A stretch of 63,560 nucleotides of DNA, the filler included, from Chrysochromulina tobinii (taxonomy: Eukaryota), in assembly GCA_001275005.1 (NCBI GenBank). It is 10 parts of 10 records of this genome, joined end to end, with 100 filler letters (N's around TTAATTAATTAA, not from the genome) between each part and the next. Parts side by side here need not be neighbours in the genome. Positions count along the whole stretch, not along the records: positions 1 to 5,332 come from JWZX01000016.1; positions 5,433 to 21,983 come from JWZX01000018.1; 8 more parts are not named here. One strand, given 5' to 3'. Shown here piece after piece: positions 1 to 11,600 of this stretch (positions are counted from its first letter, which is position 1; each line of letters begins with the position of its first letter). The position numbers and the translations under genes are program-made. The notes below the pieces were generated by a model. It saw nothing but the letters and a program-made list of their open reading frames with translations, did not search any database and was not told the origin of the DNA.

Positions 1-88
1 CCGGAGTGATTCCAGTACGGCACGACTCCAGAACTGGTCTCTTTTGCGCCGATGAGAGCTTCAAGTGGCCACCGACGGTTACGGACAT
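1..88 (+). repeat. 88-bp direct repeat, second copy at 2568-2655
   Basis: CCGGAGTGATTCCAGTACGG...GGTTACGGACAT is identical at both sites and encodes VIPVRHDSRTGLFCADESFKWPPTVTD in both ORFs. Confidence 0.95.
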
Positions 89-1710
89 GAGTCAATCCGA
101 GTACTCTCCCTCAGCAGGCAAGCAGCGTCTCGACGACACCGGACGGGACGACATCGATGAAGCTGTCCTCAAGGAGCGCGCGGCCAAGCTCGAGGCGAAG
201 GCGGTGGACGCCAAGGCCCGAGCGCAAGCCGCCAGACGAAATATGCTCGCCGATGCGCAGGCAGCCGGCGACGCCTTTGCCGAGCAGCGCCGCATGATTG
301 AAGACCTGGTGAACGACCCGGTCGTCTTTGGGGGACTGGTTGCTTTGCAAGTGGAGCACAACCGATACAGTCTTCCTGGCTCGCCGATGTACGAACGATT
401 CGTAGCGACCAGGGCAGGCAAGCCGCCGCCGCCGTTGCGCATCGTGTTCCATGGCACTGACGACGAGAACATCGAGCCTATCTTGGCAAATGGAATGGAC
501 CCGTCCAGGCGTGGTATGCACGGCCAAGTTCATGGGCCGGGAGAGTACTTTGCGACGTGCGCGCTTACGAGCGTGCGTTTCGCGCTTAGGAACCGACCCG
601 GCCGGCTCACGGGGAGGCTGCTCATCTTTCTTGTGTCGGAGAAGGAGGTTCTGCCCCAGGCCCCTGACGTTGTCGTCGTAAACGACGTGTCGCGCGAGCT
701 GCCTCTGGGCACCGTGACATTTCAAATGGCGGACGCCAAGGTGAGCGAGTTAGATGAGAAGGCCCGAAAGGCGAAGGCCGCAGCTGAGCGCGCGAAGGCC
801 GCAGCTGAGCGCACAAACTCGACGGTGCCCCTGCAGACTCAAGTGCCACCTTCACACACTCAAGTGCCACTTGGCGAGAGCCGCAGCTCCGAGGGCCATC
901 AGGCGTCATCAGGCGTCATCGGGCGTCATCAGGCGTCATCAGGCGAGAGCCGCAGCTCCGAAGAGGCACTGCGACGGGCGCTGGGACGGCGACACGCGCC
1001 TCGGTCGACAGTGACGAACCACAACCACACAGTGACGAACCTCAACCCACTGGGAGGGCGACACGCGCCTCGGTCGACTGTCGTAGCCGTGATGAAGGAG
1101 CTCAAGCGGTTCCATCAAGGCTCAAGGGGCGGCTCGGGGCGCTGTGTTGAGCGCGACGCGACCGATGGCACGGCCGACGACGCCGACGCGGACGACGACT
1201 TTCGTGCCCTTCTCCTCGACGACGCCGACGTGCTCCGCTGGCGCGTGGAGATGCGCCTTCCACCGGACTCGCTGCTCGGGGCACAGCTAGCTGCGCATGC
1301 AGCGCGCTGGGGTGGGGGCGCGGTGGTCGAGCTTGAAGTGCTCTTTGGGGACGACTTTCCCGCGTCGCCGCCCTTTGTGCGTGTCGTCTCGCCGCGCTTC
1401 GCCTTCCACACTGGCCACGTCACCGTGGGCGGCTCGATCTGCATGCAACTCCTCACGACAAGCGGCTGGGACAGCTCCTTCACCGTGGAGGCTGCCCTTG
1501 TGATGGTACGTGATGCCATGCTGAGCGGTCATGGCGCGCTCGACAGCTCGCGTGCTCACTACGGCGCCCAACCCCCTCTCCCCACAGGTACGTGACGCCA
1601 TGCTGAGCGGTCATGGCGCGCTTGACAGCTCGCGTGCTCACGTGCCATATTCAGAGGCAGAGGCAAGGCACGCGTTTCGCCGTGTAGCTAATCAGCACGG
1701 GTGGGTGTGA
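6..1710 (+). CDS. PARP-like (probably mono-) ADP-ribosyltransferase fused to a C-terminal UBE2Q-type E2 domain; intron 1506-1587; 5' end uncertain (first ATG at 87)
   Basis: ART motifs IVFHGT, HGPGEYFA and DVVVVND..ELPLGTVTF. E2 motifs FGDDFPASPPFVRVVSPRF and GHVTVGGSICMQLL (catalytic Cys). Splicing out 1506-1587 (GT..CAG) gives the UBE2Q-like tail VPYSEAEARHAFRRVANQHGWV, with TGA ending at 1710. Confidence 0.85.
874..942 (+). other. Candidate GC-AG exon-echo intron (69 bp, in frame) with (GGCGTCATCA)n body
   Basis: G|GCGAGAGCCGCAGCTCCGA ... CATCAG|GCGAGAGCCGCAGCTCCGA: a 19-bp duplication flanking 10-bp tandem repeats. Confidence 0.5.
1506..1587 (+). other. Exon-echo intron (82 bp)
   Basis: GTACGT...CCCCTCTCCCCACAG. 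Its first 54 nt repeat exon 1588-1641 with 2 mismatches, and it ends in module GTGCTCACTACGGCGCCC..CCCCACAG. Confidence 0.85.
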
Positions 1711-2260
1711 GTACGGTGCTTCACTGCAAACCAGCAAGTTACCTCTCCGTGACCGAGCTAGCGGTGATTGCGTTCATAGAGCGGGTGACGCCTGGGGGAA
1801 GCTCAAGCACTTGTCTATAGTGTCAATCTGTAGTGTCTGAAGTGTCATGCTGAGATGCGGTTCACATGTTACGCCTACCGCGCTGCCGCGCTGCCGGCGC
1901 GGCGGGGATGCACTTGGCCAGCTCTCGGGCATGCCGATTATAATTCATCATCCCGTCCCTAAAACTTGTGATGCACAGAGAAGACGGGACGGAAGTCGAG
2001 GCGGCAGACGGGCGATGCGAAATTTATTCAAGCTATTCAACAAAAGGCGGATGATTCCGAGTACGAATCGGTGACGCGGACGCGAAGCAGAACAAGGAGC
2101 GATGTTGCGGACGAGCCCGCACAGCACAAACGACCACTCACGGCCACGCTTGACGTTGCCATCTCTACTTCATGCTCAACTTACATCTCGAATCGACGAT
2201 GCGCGGGTACGTTGGATTACATTTTAAAAGAGAGAAAGAAAAAGTGTTCACAGGTCCTAG

Positions 2261-3250
2261 TTGCGCGAAAAGCGCCCGTCGCGAAATGTCGATCGGACGG
2301 GCGAGGCGCTTCTACATGTACAGGCGAGAGCGAATTCGCGAGCGCGCGCGAAGCCCCTTGGCCTTGCGGAGCAGGCCATGCAAAAGGCGCGCATCATGCA
2401 AATGCTCATTCGGGGTGATATCTATGAAGCGAGCGAGATGTACGAGGCCGTGATGCGAGCGCGCGAGCGAGAAGGCGAGGCCCGTCAGTCCTCAGTGCCA
2501 CTCTGGGCGCACGAGCTGCGTGTCTATCTGCGAGACGTCGAGCGCGAGTGCGTCGTGGCGCTCTTCCCCGGAGTGATTCCAGTACGGCACGACTCCAGAA
2601 CTGGTCTCTTTTGCGCCGATGAGAGCTTCAAGTGGCCACCGACGGTTACGGACATCAGTCATTCCATGCGACAAGGACGCCCGACTCCTCATCCTCCGGT
2701 GCGGGACCGTCCTCCGCTGCCTCCCCCGAACCGAGGGTGCTGGCACTGGCTTCGTATCTGCGGAGCAGTGGTGCTCTTCTTACTCTATGCTCTTCTTCTG
2801 TATGCCTCTGCCCAAGGAGGTCGATCAGCCGCAAGCCCCTCTGGCTCGGGCGGCGCCCGCGTGCGCATATTGCACCTCAGCCTCGCCGACTCGGACCGAC
2901 GAGCCCGCTTCGTGCTCGAGGAGAACACGGGCTGGGAGATCTTCCTCGCCGGCTGCCGCGAGCGGCTGCAGGTTGAAAACATCCGACGCGTGGCGGACTC
3001 GTCGGGTGGGTTGATCTTGGCAATCGAGGACGTCGTACACGACGATCACCTGGTCATCTACGCCACCGAGTTGGCAGCGGGTGAAGTGGCCAACGGTGAT
3101 GGCACTGTGCCCTTTGGGACCATGTTCGCGCTGCTCGTCCTCTGGTTTGGCATCTCCGTGCCGCTTGTCTTCCTCTCGGCACAGCTACTTTGGCTATACC
3201 GCGCATCCAGCACATTACCTCTCCAAAAACCAAAACAAGAAAAAAGGTAG
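2261..3250 (+). CDS. Chimeric-looking ORF: shared repeat segment + TM helix + KHA/ubiquitin-like domain + nonaspanin (TM9SF) fragment
   Basis: GTVPFGTMFALLVLWFGISVPLVFL resembles a conserved TM9SF helix. WEIFLAGCRERLQV..GGLILAIEDVVHDDHLVI resembles a KHA/beta-grasp domain. Start uncertain. Confidence 0.45.
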   Translation: MREKRPSRNVDRTGEALLHVQARANSRARAKPLGLAEQAMQKARIMQMLIRGDIYEASEMYEAVMRAREREGEARQSSVPLWAHELRVYLRDVERECVVALFPGVIPVRHDSRTGLFCADESFKWPPTVTDISHSMRQGRPTPHPPVRDRPPLPPPNRGCWHWLRICGAVVLFLLYALLLYASAQGGRSAASPSGSGGARVRILHLSLADSDRRARFVLEENTGWEIFLAGCRERLQVENIRRVADSSGGLILAIEDVVHDDHLVIYATELAAGEVANGDGTVPFGTMFALLVLWFGISVPLVFLSAQLLWLYRASSTLPLQKPKQEKR

Positions 3251-3583
3251 GCGACAGGCAGTGCGTGAGTGAAGTGCGGTGGAGTCATGGTGTTAGAATT
3301 CATGTGATGGTTATTAACGGCTGTGGACGAATTCTCTGACGGAAACAAAGCTGAGACATGATTTTTTGTGAAAACTAATAAGCCCCAAGAGCCGAACGGG
3401 CCAGCAAGCCGCATTGTGGTCCCTGCAAGCTACATGTATCATTTGTGCCATCGGAAAGTTGGATGTCGAAAACGTGGTTCGGTCTGCGGACTCTCGGCAA
3501 ATTAAACGCAATTCCACAGGGCTCTTCATCTGATTTTGGAAGCAAATTGCAGAATGCGGTTGCAGAATGCGGTGTAGTTCGTA

Positions 3584-4114
3584 ATGAATCGAAGTTGCAA
3601 CATGGGCCTCCTCATGGCCCTCGTCCCCAGCGCCTTCGGAACAACCCATCTTCGGCAAATCTTCGGGTTCCAACACATGGGCCTCGTACACGCTGCTGGC
3701 CATGCGCCTGGCGGCCATGTCGTGTGCTGCGATGGAGTGTGCAAGTTCGTGAAGGCTCAGCCAGCGCACGAGCAGCATTGGGTAGCTGACGCACATACTC
3801 TCAGCGGCACGTGCAAGTGGTTCTCACGCTCAAAGGGCTACGGCTTTATCCGCGTAAACGTCGATGGCGAATCTGTTCGCGACCTTTTCGTCCACCAAAG
3901 CGACCTGTGCAGCGGTGGGATGTGCGTCGCCCTCATTCCGGGCGAGGCCCTCGAGTTCCGTGTCTCAAAGTCGCTGATGAATGGCAAGGAGAAAGCTGCG
4001 CACATCAGCGGCCCAGGCGGCTCGCCACTTCAAGGCGTGGCCTATAATGATGACTCCGACGAGAGCTGGAGCGCTCTATTCGAACAGGTAACAGGCATTA
4101 TCATACCAAGATGA
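3584..4114 (+). CDS. Cold-shock domain protein
   Basis: GTCKWFSRSKGYGFI (RNP1), DLFVHQSDL (RNP2) and AAHISGPGGSPLQG tail typical of eukaryotic CSD proteins. Confidence 0.85.
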   Translation: MNRSCNMGLLMALVPSAFGTTHLRQIFGFQHMGLVHAAGHAPGGHVVCCDGVCKFVKAQPAHEQHWVADAHTLSGTCKWFSRSKGYGFIRVNVDGESVRDLFVHQSDLCSGGMCVALIPGEALEFRVSKSLMNGKEKAAHISGPGGSPLQGVAYNDDSDESWSALFEQVTGIIIPR

Positions 4115-5332
4115 CCCTAGTGCGCATGACCATGAGTCATGGCCCATTCTAGACAACCTTCATGCACGTGCAAGCATTATGCATAGCTCCGTGTGTCCAG
4201 GTCCATGCGGTAATGAGCAAAAGTGGCCAAGTAGAATTGTAGCCTTAGCTGGAGCAGTAGCGACGCACGGTGCGTGTCGGTGGTAGACGTCCTCGGGCGT
4301 GGCGTGATCGGTGAACGTCGCGCGAGCGCCGTCGAGCAGGCGACCGCGTGGGTGTGCACCTATAGGGGGGGTGTTGTAATGCCTCGGGTGTGCACCCATG
4401 TGGCACCACTGGCATGTGACTCGTCTCTCGTGTGAGCTCAGCTGTCTGATGTGGTCATGGATCGTACATGTGCGGTCGCCAGCACATGCGGTTTCCGAAG
4501 TGCCGACATGTGTCAAAGTCCACAAAGTCCATAACCATATGTCCATCGGTCCCATGTCGATGGTTGCCTGCGGTCGTCCAACATTGGATGTGTGTAATAC
4601 TATGCCAGCTAGCGCGTAGAGGGGTGCTGTACATGGTGCTGTATCGTCTATCGACCGCGGCGCGCGGGCGGATCCGCGCCGTCTAGTTCCACTCTAGAGT
4701 ACCCGGGACGGGTGTACCGCACCGAGTTACATGGGAACATGTGCAATCGCCCCAGATCCTCGGGACCGAGCGTCGCTCCTCCCCCCCGCGGCTAGTACGG
4801 ACAAAACGGAGACCCCCGAGCCCGACCGTCTCGATACTCGAATGAACTAGCATGAACGCGGTTAGTGAACGGTCACTGTGAGAAAAAAAGGACGTTCTCG
4901 TACGTGAGCTCGTTAAGGGATTGAATGTTTAGAAAGCCGCGGGAGCTCGCCATGGCGCGAGCCCCCTATGGTCCCACACAGTAACACACAGTACGGTACA
5001 GGTGGTAATACTGGTGGTGTCAAGGGGATGGTGGTGGGTTCGCTGAAAAGTCGCCGAACACGCGAACGTGTGTTGGCCCTGACTGCTGCGCTGAGCTTCG
5101 TGGGGTTGCTCTTGGGAGCGCCGCCATTTTGTTTTGGCGAGACAGAGATGCCTGGGCGGAACGAAACGTCTGCCGGCGAAACGTTTGCGCCCAGCAGGGC
5201 CCTGCCCCCCCGTTGGATGACGTTTGGCAAGGTCTCACCGTTGGTGTGTGCCCATGCGATAGAGACCGATAGTCTCGGTTGGTTCTTGTAGGCACACACC
5301 ACTGATCGGATATCAACCCTGCCCAGCGGGTG

Positions 5333-5432
5333 NNNNNNNNNNNNNNNNNNNNNNNNNNNNNNNNNNNNNNNNNNNNTTAATTAATTAANNNNNNNNNNNN
5401 NNNNNNNNNNNNNNNNNNNNNNNNNNNNNNNN
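5333..5432. other. Artificial contig spacer; also at 21984-22083, 32649-32748, 38794-38893, 47848-47947, 56087-56186, 57569-57668, 59319-59418, 60862-60961
   Basis: Nine identical N44-TTAATTAATTAA-N44 blocks with stops in all frames; genes are truncated at them. Confidence 0.99.
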
Positions 5433-5620
5433 CACCCATCCCTCCGTACTATCTGGCTGCTGCCAACAGGAGGTGCGCTAGGTCAGTCTGGGACATCACT
5501 GTCGCCGTCCGCCTGGGCAACGAAATCCGGGGCATCAGTATTGATCAGTGTGCTCGCGAATGCGGTGCTACCCCTGGGTGTGCGGCCTTCAGCTACCAAA
5601 ACTCATCCCCCTCGTGGTGC

Positions 5621-8600
5621 ATGCGGTGCTCTGTGATCGGTTCGCTCGGCGATGGCCTCGAGTCCCAAGTTGGCATCAACCACTACGCCATGACCACTAC
5701 CCCGCCGGCACCGCCGCCCTCCCCGCCGGCACCGCCGCCCACGCCCCCCCCCGCTCCGCCCCCTTTGCTCGGTCCGGGCACGCACACCCTGCCGCGCGCG
5801 GGCGCATGGGCCCTCGCGACACTCGTCAAAGCCGAGACGGCGCACCTGCCCGTCAGCCTCAAATGGCCCGTGCCGTGCGCTCGCTCGTACCAGGGTATGG
5901 CGTGGGAGGTGGTGCTGCCTCGCGAGCCTGGCATGCCTCTCGTGCAGGTGCAAAGCTGTACGGCCAGTTCGTGCAACGTGCTCATCCCGAATGACCCAGG
6001 CTTCCAGTACCATTACGCAGTCGCCGACCTCGCTACCAAATATGGCGCGCTCACCCAGAGTCAGTACTTTGATCGCGCCGCGTCGCACTTCTTGACTCAA
6101 GCGTCGTTTGGGCCGACGCGCGCTACCATCGCCAACCTCAGTGCGCAGATGACGCCCCAGCAGCCCCATCTCCTGTCAGCCGGCGCTGCGCCGGCGCCGG
6201 CGCCGCCTGCAATGCGCCAATGGATCCGAGACCAAATGGCCTTGCCGGCTAGCCTGCATCGTACCTACTTCCGGCGACGCTCCAATCCGCGGATCGAATT
6301 GACGACCGAGGTCGGGCGCCCGCGCGGTGCGTGCGAGGTGGGTGCGCGCTGGAATCGCATGGCCATCCGGAGCGACGACGTGCAGAAATCGATCTCTTTC
6401 TCGAGGCGCATCGGATCGAACGGCAGTAACGTGACTGCGATCTACGTCAAGGGCGTCCTACGCTCGGAGGTGAATCTCGCTAACATGATGACTTTAAGTG
6501 GCACAGCCCCTTCTGGTAGCTCGAGGCTTGTGAACGATGCCCTCTTCACCAAGAATTACACCATCTGCAAGGTGGATGAGTGGCGCTTTGGCCGCATCGT
6601 CATGGGCTCGTCGTGCGCTGACTCTGTGATCGCAAACGACCGCATCGACCTGTACAACGTTTTCATGTTCTTCGACGAGCTCGCGCCTCCCCAGCACGAC
6701 TCGTTAGGTGAGGTGGTCGCTACGGTCGAGTGGGATGCGTCGCAAGCAAGCATGGAACAGCTGCGGCCGGCCACGGCGTTCAATGACAACGTGCTCCTGC
6801 TCACGCAGCTGCATGTGCCCTGCCCTCTGAGCCTCGCACAGCAGGTTCGTCCTTCGACGTTTCTCAAGCGTGATGGAATCCATTACATGTACGACCCGCG
6901 CATCGTCACGCTCAACAATGATCTCGACAGGCCCTTCAACTTCAGTGCGATCCCGCTCAATGCCCTCGGGCACCCCTCGGCAACCATGTGCTCCAATACC
7001 CAGAAGACTTTCCTCAACGAGCACACGTGCATCCGCACGCACGGTTGCACACCGGTGGTCTTCGGCAACCCCGATTCGTTCATGCTCAACGAGACGACCC
7101 TCCGCGAGTTTTATCGTTCCACTGACCGGTTCGTCTATGCAATCGACGCGCTCACGCACACGATGCCCGACCATCCGTCAATTCACCCGTGCAGTGGCGA
7201 TCACCGCTGGCGAAACCTCGGTGGTCCGTGCGACGTCAATGGCGGCGCGACGGCGCTCGACAACGTGACGCTTGGGCTTCTCTTCACGGCCCTCAATACC
7301 TCCACGGACGGGAACCTGCGCGTCAAGGACCTGCGTAAGGTTACGTGCACGGGCACCCCCGCCCCGAACGCCATCGGGGCCAAGGTGCAGGTGAACGGCA
7401 CGTGCTGGCAGCACACATACATGCACAACCTCAACGTGTACGACTTCACGTGGTTTTCCACGGCATCAAATCACCCAGGAAACATTGAGAGAGTTCAGTT
7501 CTACCCGATCCAGCGCTTTGCCAAGAATGGTCAAGTGGTCCTTCGGTATCCCGCGTCCCACGGCAATCGGTGGAGGGTCAACAGCGGGAGCAGTGTCAAC
7601 AAGTACATCGGCCGGCTCGGCGACACGATGAAATGGGATTCGTTACCGCGGGAGTTGCGCACGCAGACCCTCGCGCTTGCGTTGGGCGTCGGATCGCAGC
7701 TCAACCCGAGCTTCCCGGGCATCGAAACCTGCGGCTCGCCGGGCGAGGTGGCCGGAGATCCCAAGCTCGGCCAACCCTACTACTTTGGCCACATGGAGTA
7801 CGACGAAGCCCCGTCCTATCTCAACCCGGAGGTCCAGATGCTCGACCGGAGGAACGGTGGTAGTGCCGCGCAGAAGCAGGATGTGTACACGATGCTCGCG
7901 TTGACGGCACCCGACCAGCTGCGCCAGCGTGTCGCGTGGGCGCTCTCGCAGATCGTCGTGATTGGCGAGGGCGGCGACAGCCTCAGGTACGGGCATACCG
8001 AGGCCTGGGTCAACTTCTACGACATCTTTGTGCGCAACGCCTTCGGCTCGTACCGCGACGTGCTGCGCGAGACCTCATACTCACCGGCCATGTCGTACTA
8101 CCTCACCTTCCTTCAGAACAAGGCGTTCGCCGCCCAAAACCCGGGGACGGTGCCCGACGAGAACTATGCGCGCGAGATCATGCAGCTCTTCTCGGTGGGG
8201 CTCTGGGTGCTCAACGAAGACGGCACGAAGACCCTCGATGCGGCGGGCCTACCGGTGCCCACATACACCAACGACGATATCGTCTCGCAGGCCACGGCGT
8301 GGACGGGCTTCACCCGACGCCGGTCCCGCGGCAACCTCGAGCAAATTCAGTTTGTCACTGCAGGTGGGACGGATAATTGGATCGACCCAATGGAAATTGA
8401 GCCGCACTGGCGCGACAAGTTCCCGAAGATGAATCTGTACAAGGGGCACCTGGGCGACGCCCTCCCCCTCTGCACGGACCTCGCGCCGCGGGCCTTCCTT
8501 CGCAAGGGGGCTCGCTATCGCTACCTTGGCCCCAAGCGGAATCCCGACTTGATGCCCGGTATCGACTGGGATACTGCCGACAGTGGCTTTTCGGCTCGGG

Positions 8601-11600
8601 GAACCACCCCTACGCAGGGGCCGCCGGGGCGAAGCCCTTCGGGGGCGGGCGAGGCCAACGCGCCCATCTTTTATCTCGACGCCAACACTTCGTCGCTCTA
8701 CGCCGCCCTGTGCAGTTCGGCCCCGCTCGCGCCCTCCGCGTGCCGCTTCCAAAGTACCGTCGTGCTCGGGGCGAATATCCCATGCTCCGGGTCCGAATGC
8801 GAGGTGGACACGTTGCGCACCGTGGCGATCGTCGTTGGCGACCAGGCGTATTACTACGAGTACGTGCAGCTGGAGTGCGTGATGCTAGCCTTTCACGAAG
8901 ACGGCAGCGGCGTTTTCATCGAGAATGCGCTTGAGAGAGCTTCAGCGTTTCTCGAGCTTGGCGACGAGAAGCTGTGCGTCGACCCGCGCCTACCCTCGGC
9001 CCGAGCGGCTTGCTGCACGCCGCGCTCGTTGGCCTGCTATGAGTACCCGTGCTCGTACGCGGAGGAGCGCACGACCCTCGCATCGGCCAAGATGAAGTGC
9101 GACGCGCACTGGGCAGCCCAGAACGAATTCTCGCCGCCGCCGCCCTCGCCCCTGCCGCCGCCGCCGCGCCTGCCACCGCCATCATACCCGCCGCTGCCCC
9201 CCCTTGCCACCATCAACTGCGCGGTCCAGCCCGTGTCGATCAGCGCCGCTGCCAACCGTTCCCTCGCAAACGTGACGGGCTGCGCAGGCGCCGTGTGGAG
9301 CTCTGGGGCTCCCTCGGCGCAGTACTGCGCCGGGCGGGCGGCTACTGTAGCAGTGAGCGGGCCTCGCAGCACTTCGCCCCCACTTCCGTGGTATTTCGAA
9401 TGCTGTTCGTGGGTCCGCGGCACATGCGTCAACCGCACAGGAATGCCGCCGCCACCCTCGCCGGCGCGTACGCCACCGTCGCCGCCGATGGCCTGGACAC
9501 TGTATCCGTATGACTATCGCGGCACCCTCGCCGAAGCAGTGCCACGGTGTCCCGCTGACAGCCGTCCCGCCAACCAGAGCGAGTGCTGGGCGGCCGCGGT
9601 CGCCGCCATGGACAATGGTGCAGAGCCATGGTTCAACGTGCCAGATCCTTCTGGAGCAATTCGAGTTGCCGTCACGAGCTCAACATCGCGTCCGTTCGGA
9701 TGCCACGTCGACACAACCTCGGCCACGGTGCACTTCAACCCGAACCCGAACCCGACCTCCATAACATCACGCACATACAAGTCAGTGTGCAGCGTTACGC
9801 CCACGGTCCCACTTGCCAATTACAGCCAAGCGAGCCCCACGCTGTGCTCGCGCAAGCGCAAAGAGTGTGAAATGCGTCCATCCGCAGGCCGAGGCTGCCG
9901 GAGGACGGGGTCCATCTCCTCGAACAACGCCTTCGCGCTAGACTACTGGTGGACGGAGGAACGGTGCCGGCTGCAGGTTCAGGTGAACTCTAACGGGCGC
10001 GTGGCCGTCAGGCACCCCGGTGGCAAGTCCACACGTTTTGCGGACACGCAGCAGAACTGGTTCCGGGTGCGCTGGGCTGGCGGCTTCCCGACCCCGGCCT
10101 CGGGCTGCGCCGACACGTGCACGGTCACGCCGGGCGCTTCAGGCGACACGTGCGTGTGCAACGTGGTCGTGGGCACGCAAGCCGTCTTCACCAACCCGCA
10201 AGCGCTCCCCAGCAAGGCGGTGGTCGAGGAGAGTCTTCGCATCGGAGCGCCGGATCCGAGCCACTTTGACGCGGGCACGTACCAGCAGTGCACCTCCCCA
10301 GCGTGTGCCGCCGCGGGCTTCCAGCTCTACACGCGCGGCACCGCGACGCAACCGCAGCTCGACCAGACGGCCATCTTTGCCATTGTCGTCAACGCCACTA
10401 CCGGCTCGCCGCGCACCCTCTACCTGGCCAACAAGGCGTCGTCGGTGTCCATCGCGCACAATGGCTCGGCCAGCCAATTCAGCTTCCGCAATCCGCCTAC
10501 GCACATGTCGCTCAACGACCCGACGCAGCGTGACGCCCTGTACGAGACCGAGGCGCTGCTCGACCATCTGTTCTTCCATCAGAGTGTCGCCCCGTTCGTG
10601 GGCTACCGCTTGATCCAACGGCTCGTCTCGAGCAATCCATCGCCACGCTATGTGGCCGCCGTGAGCGCCGCATTCCGCACGGGCTCGTATGGCAACGTGA
10701 CCTACTCGGGCGAGTATGGTGACTTGGGTGCCATGGTGGCGGCCATCGTTCTCGACGCCGAGGCGCGCTCGCTCGTTCTCACGGCCGACCCGACACATGG
10801 CGGCCTGCGCGAGCCGCTCCTCAAGCTGTTGCACGTCATGAGAGCGATGGAGTACGTGTCACGCGCGCACGCCGAGGTGCAACTCAGCGCGAATCTGATC
10901 AACCTGATCGGCCAGCAACCGTACCGTTCGCCCTCGGTGTTCAACTTCTACCTGCCAGAGTATCAGCCCCCGGGCGCCATCGGGAACGTCGGCCTGGTCT
11001 CACCTGAGGCGCAGCTGGGCGTGCTGCCGTTCGTCATCGGCTTCCAGCAAGCCATGGCTATGCTCTTCCTTGACGGCCTCAATGCGGCTAGCGGCGGCTT
11101 CGGCTCGGTTTCCACCTCTACCTCGTATCCCACGGAGTGGGGCTCGTGGCAGGGCTCGCGCGGCTACCTCAGCTGGCGCCCTTCCAATGCGTCGAGCGCG
11201 GCCAGCGTGGTTGACGAGCTGAGCCTGATGCTCACCGCAGGCCGGCTCGACGAGCACGCTCGCGCCGTCATCACGAGCGAGTACGAGTACTACCGCAACC
11301 GCTCCTCGTGCCCGATCGACCGAACGGCGTCGCTGCGTGGACGGCTCATTCTCGGCCAGAGCTTGTATGCCGGCGAGCGTCTGATCAACTGGCGCGGTGA
11401 GATGATTTGCTTCGGCTATGATGGTGTACCGATGCACATTGGCGCGGATGGCCGCGAGGTATTCTCCGTGCACGAAGGGCGTGAGCGCGGCTACAAACTT
11501 CAGTACAATGCAAACGGCGCTGGCAGCCGGCTTCAACTCTATAACCGCAGGGGCAGCAGCATTTGGCAGGCCAACGCCGATGGGAGGCAGGGCATCAACT

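Noticed and set aside
4600..5332. Non-coding region with small hairpins (GAGACCGATAGTCTC), possible element end or structured RNA
   Set aside because: No ribozyme, tRNA or snRNA consensus recognised, and truncated by the contig edge.
5333..5432. Recurrent TTAATTAATTAA motif within N runs
   Set aside because: Artificial contig linker, identical nine times. ORFs running into the Ns and gene neighbourhoods across linkers are not biological.
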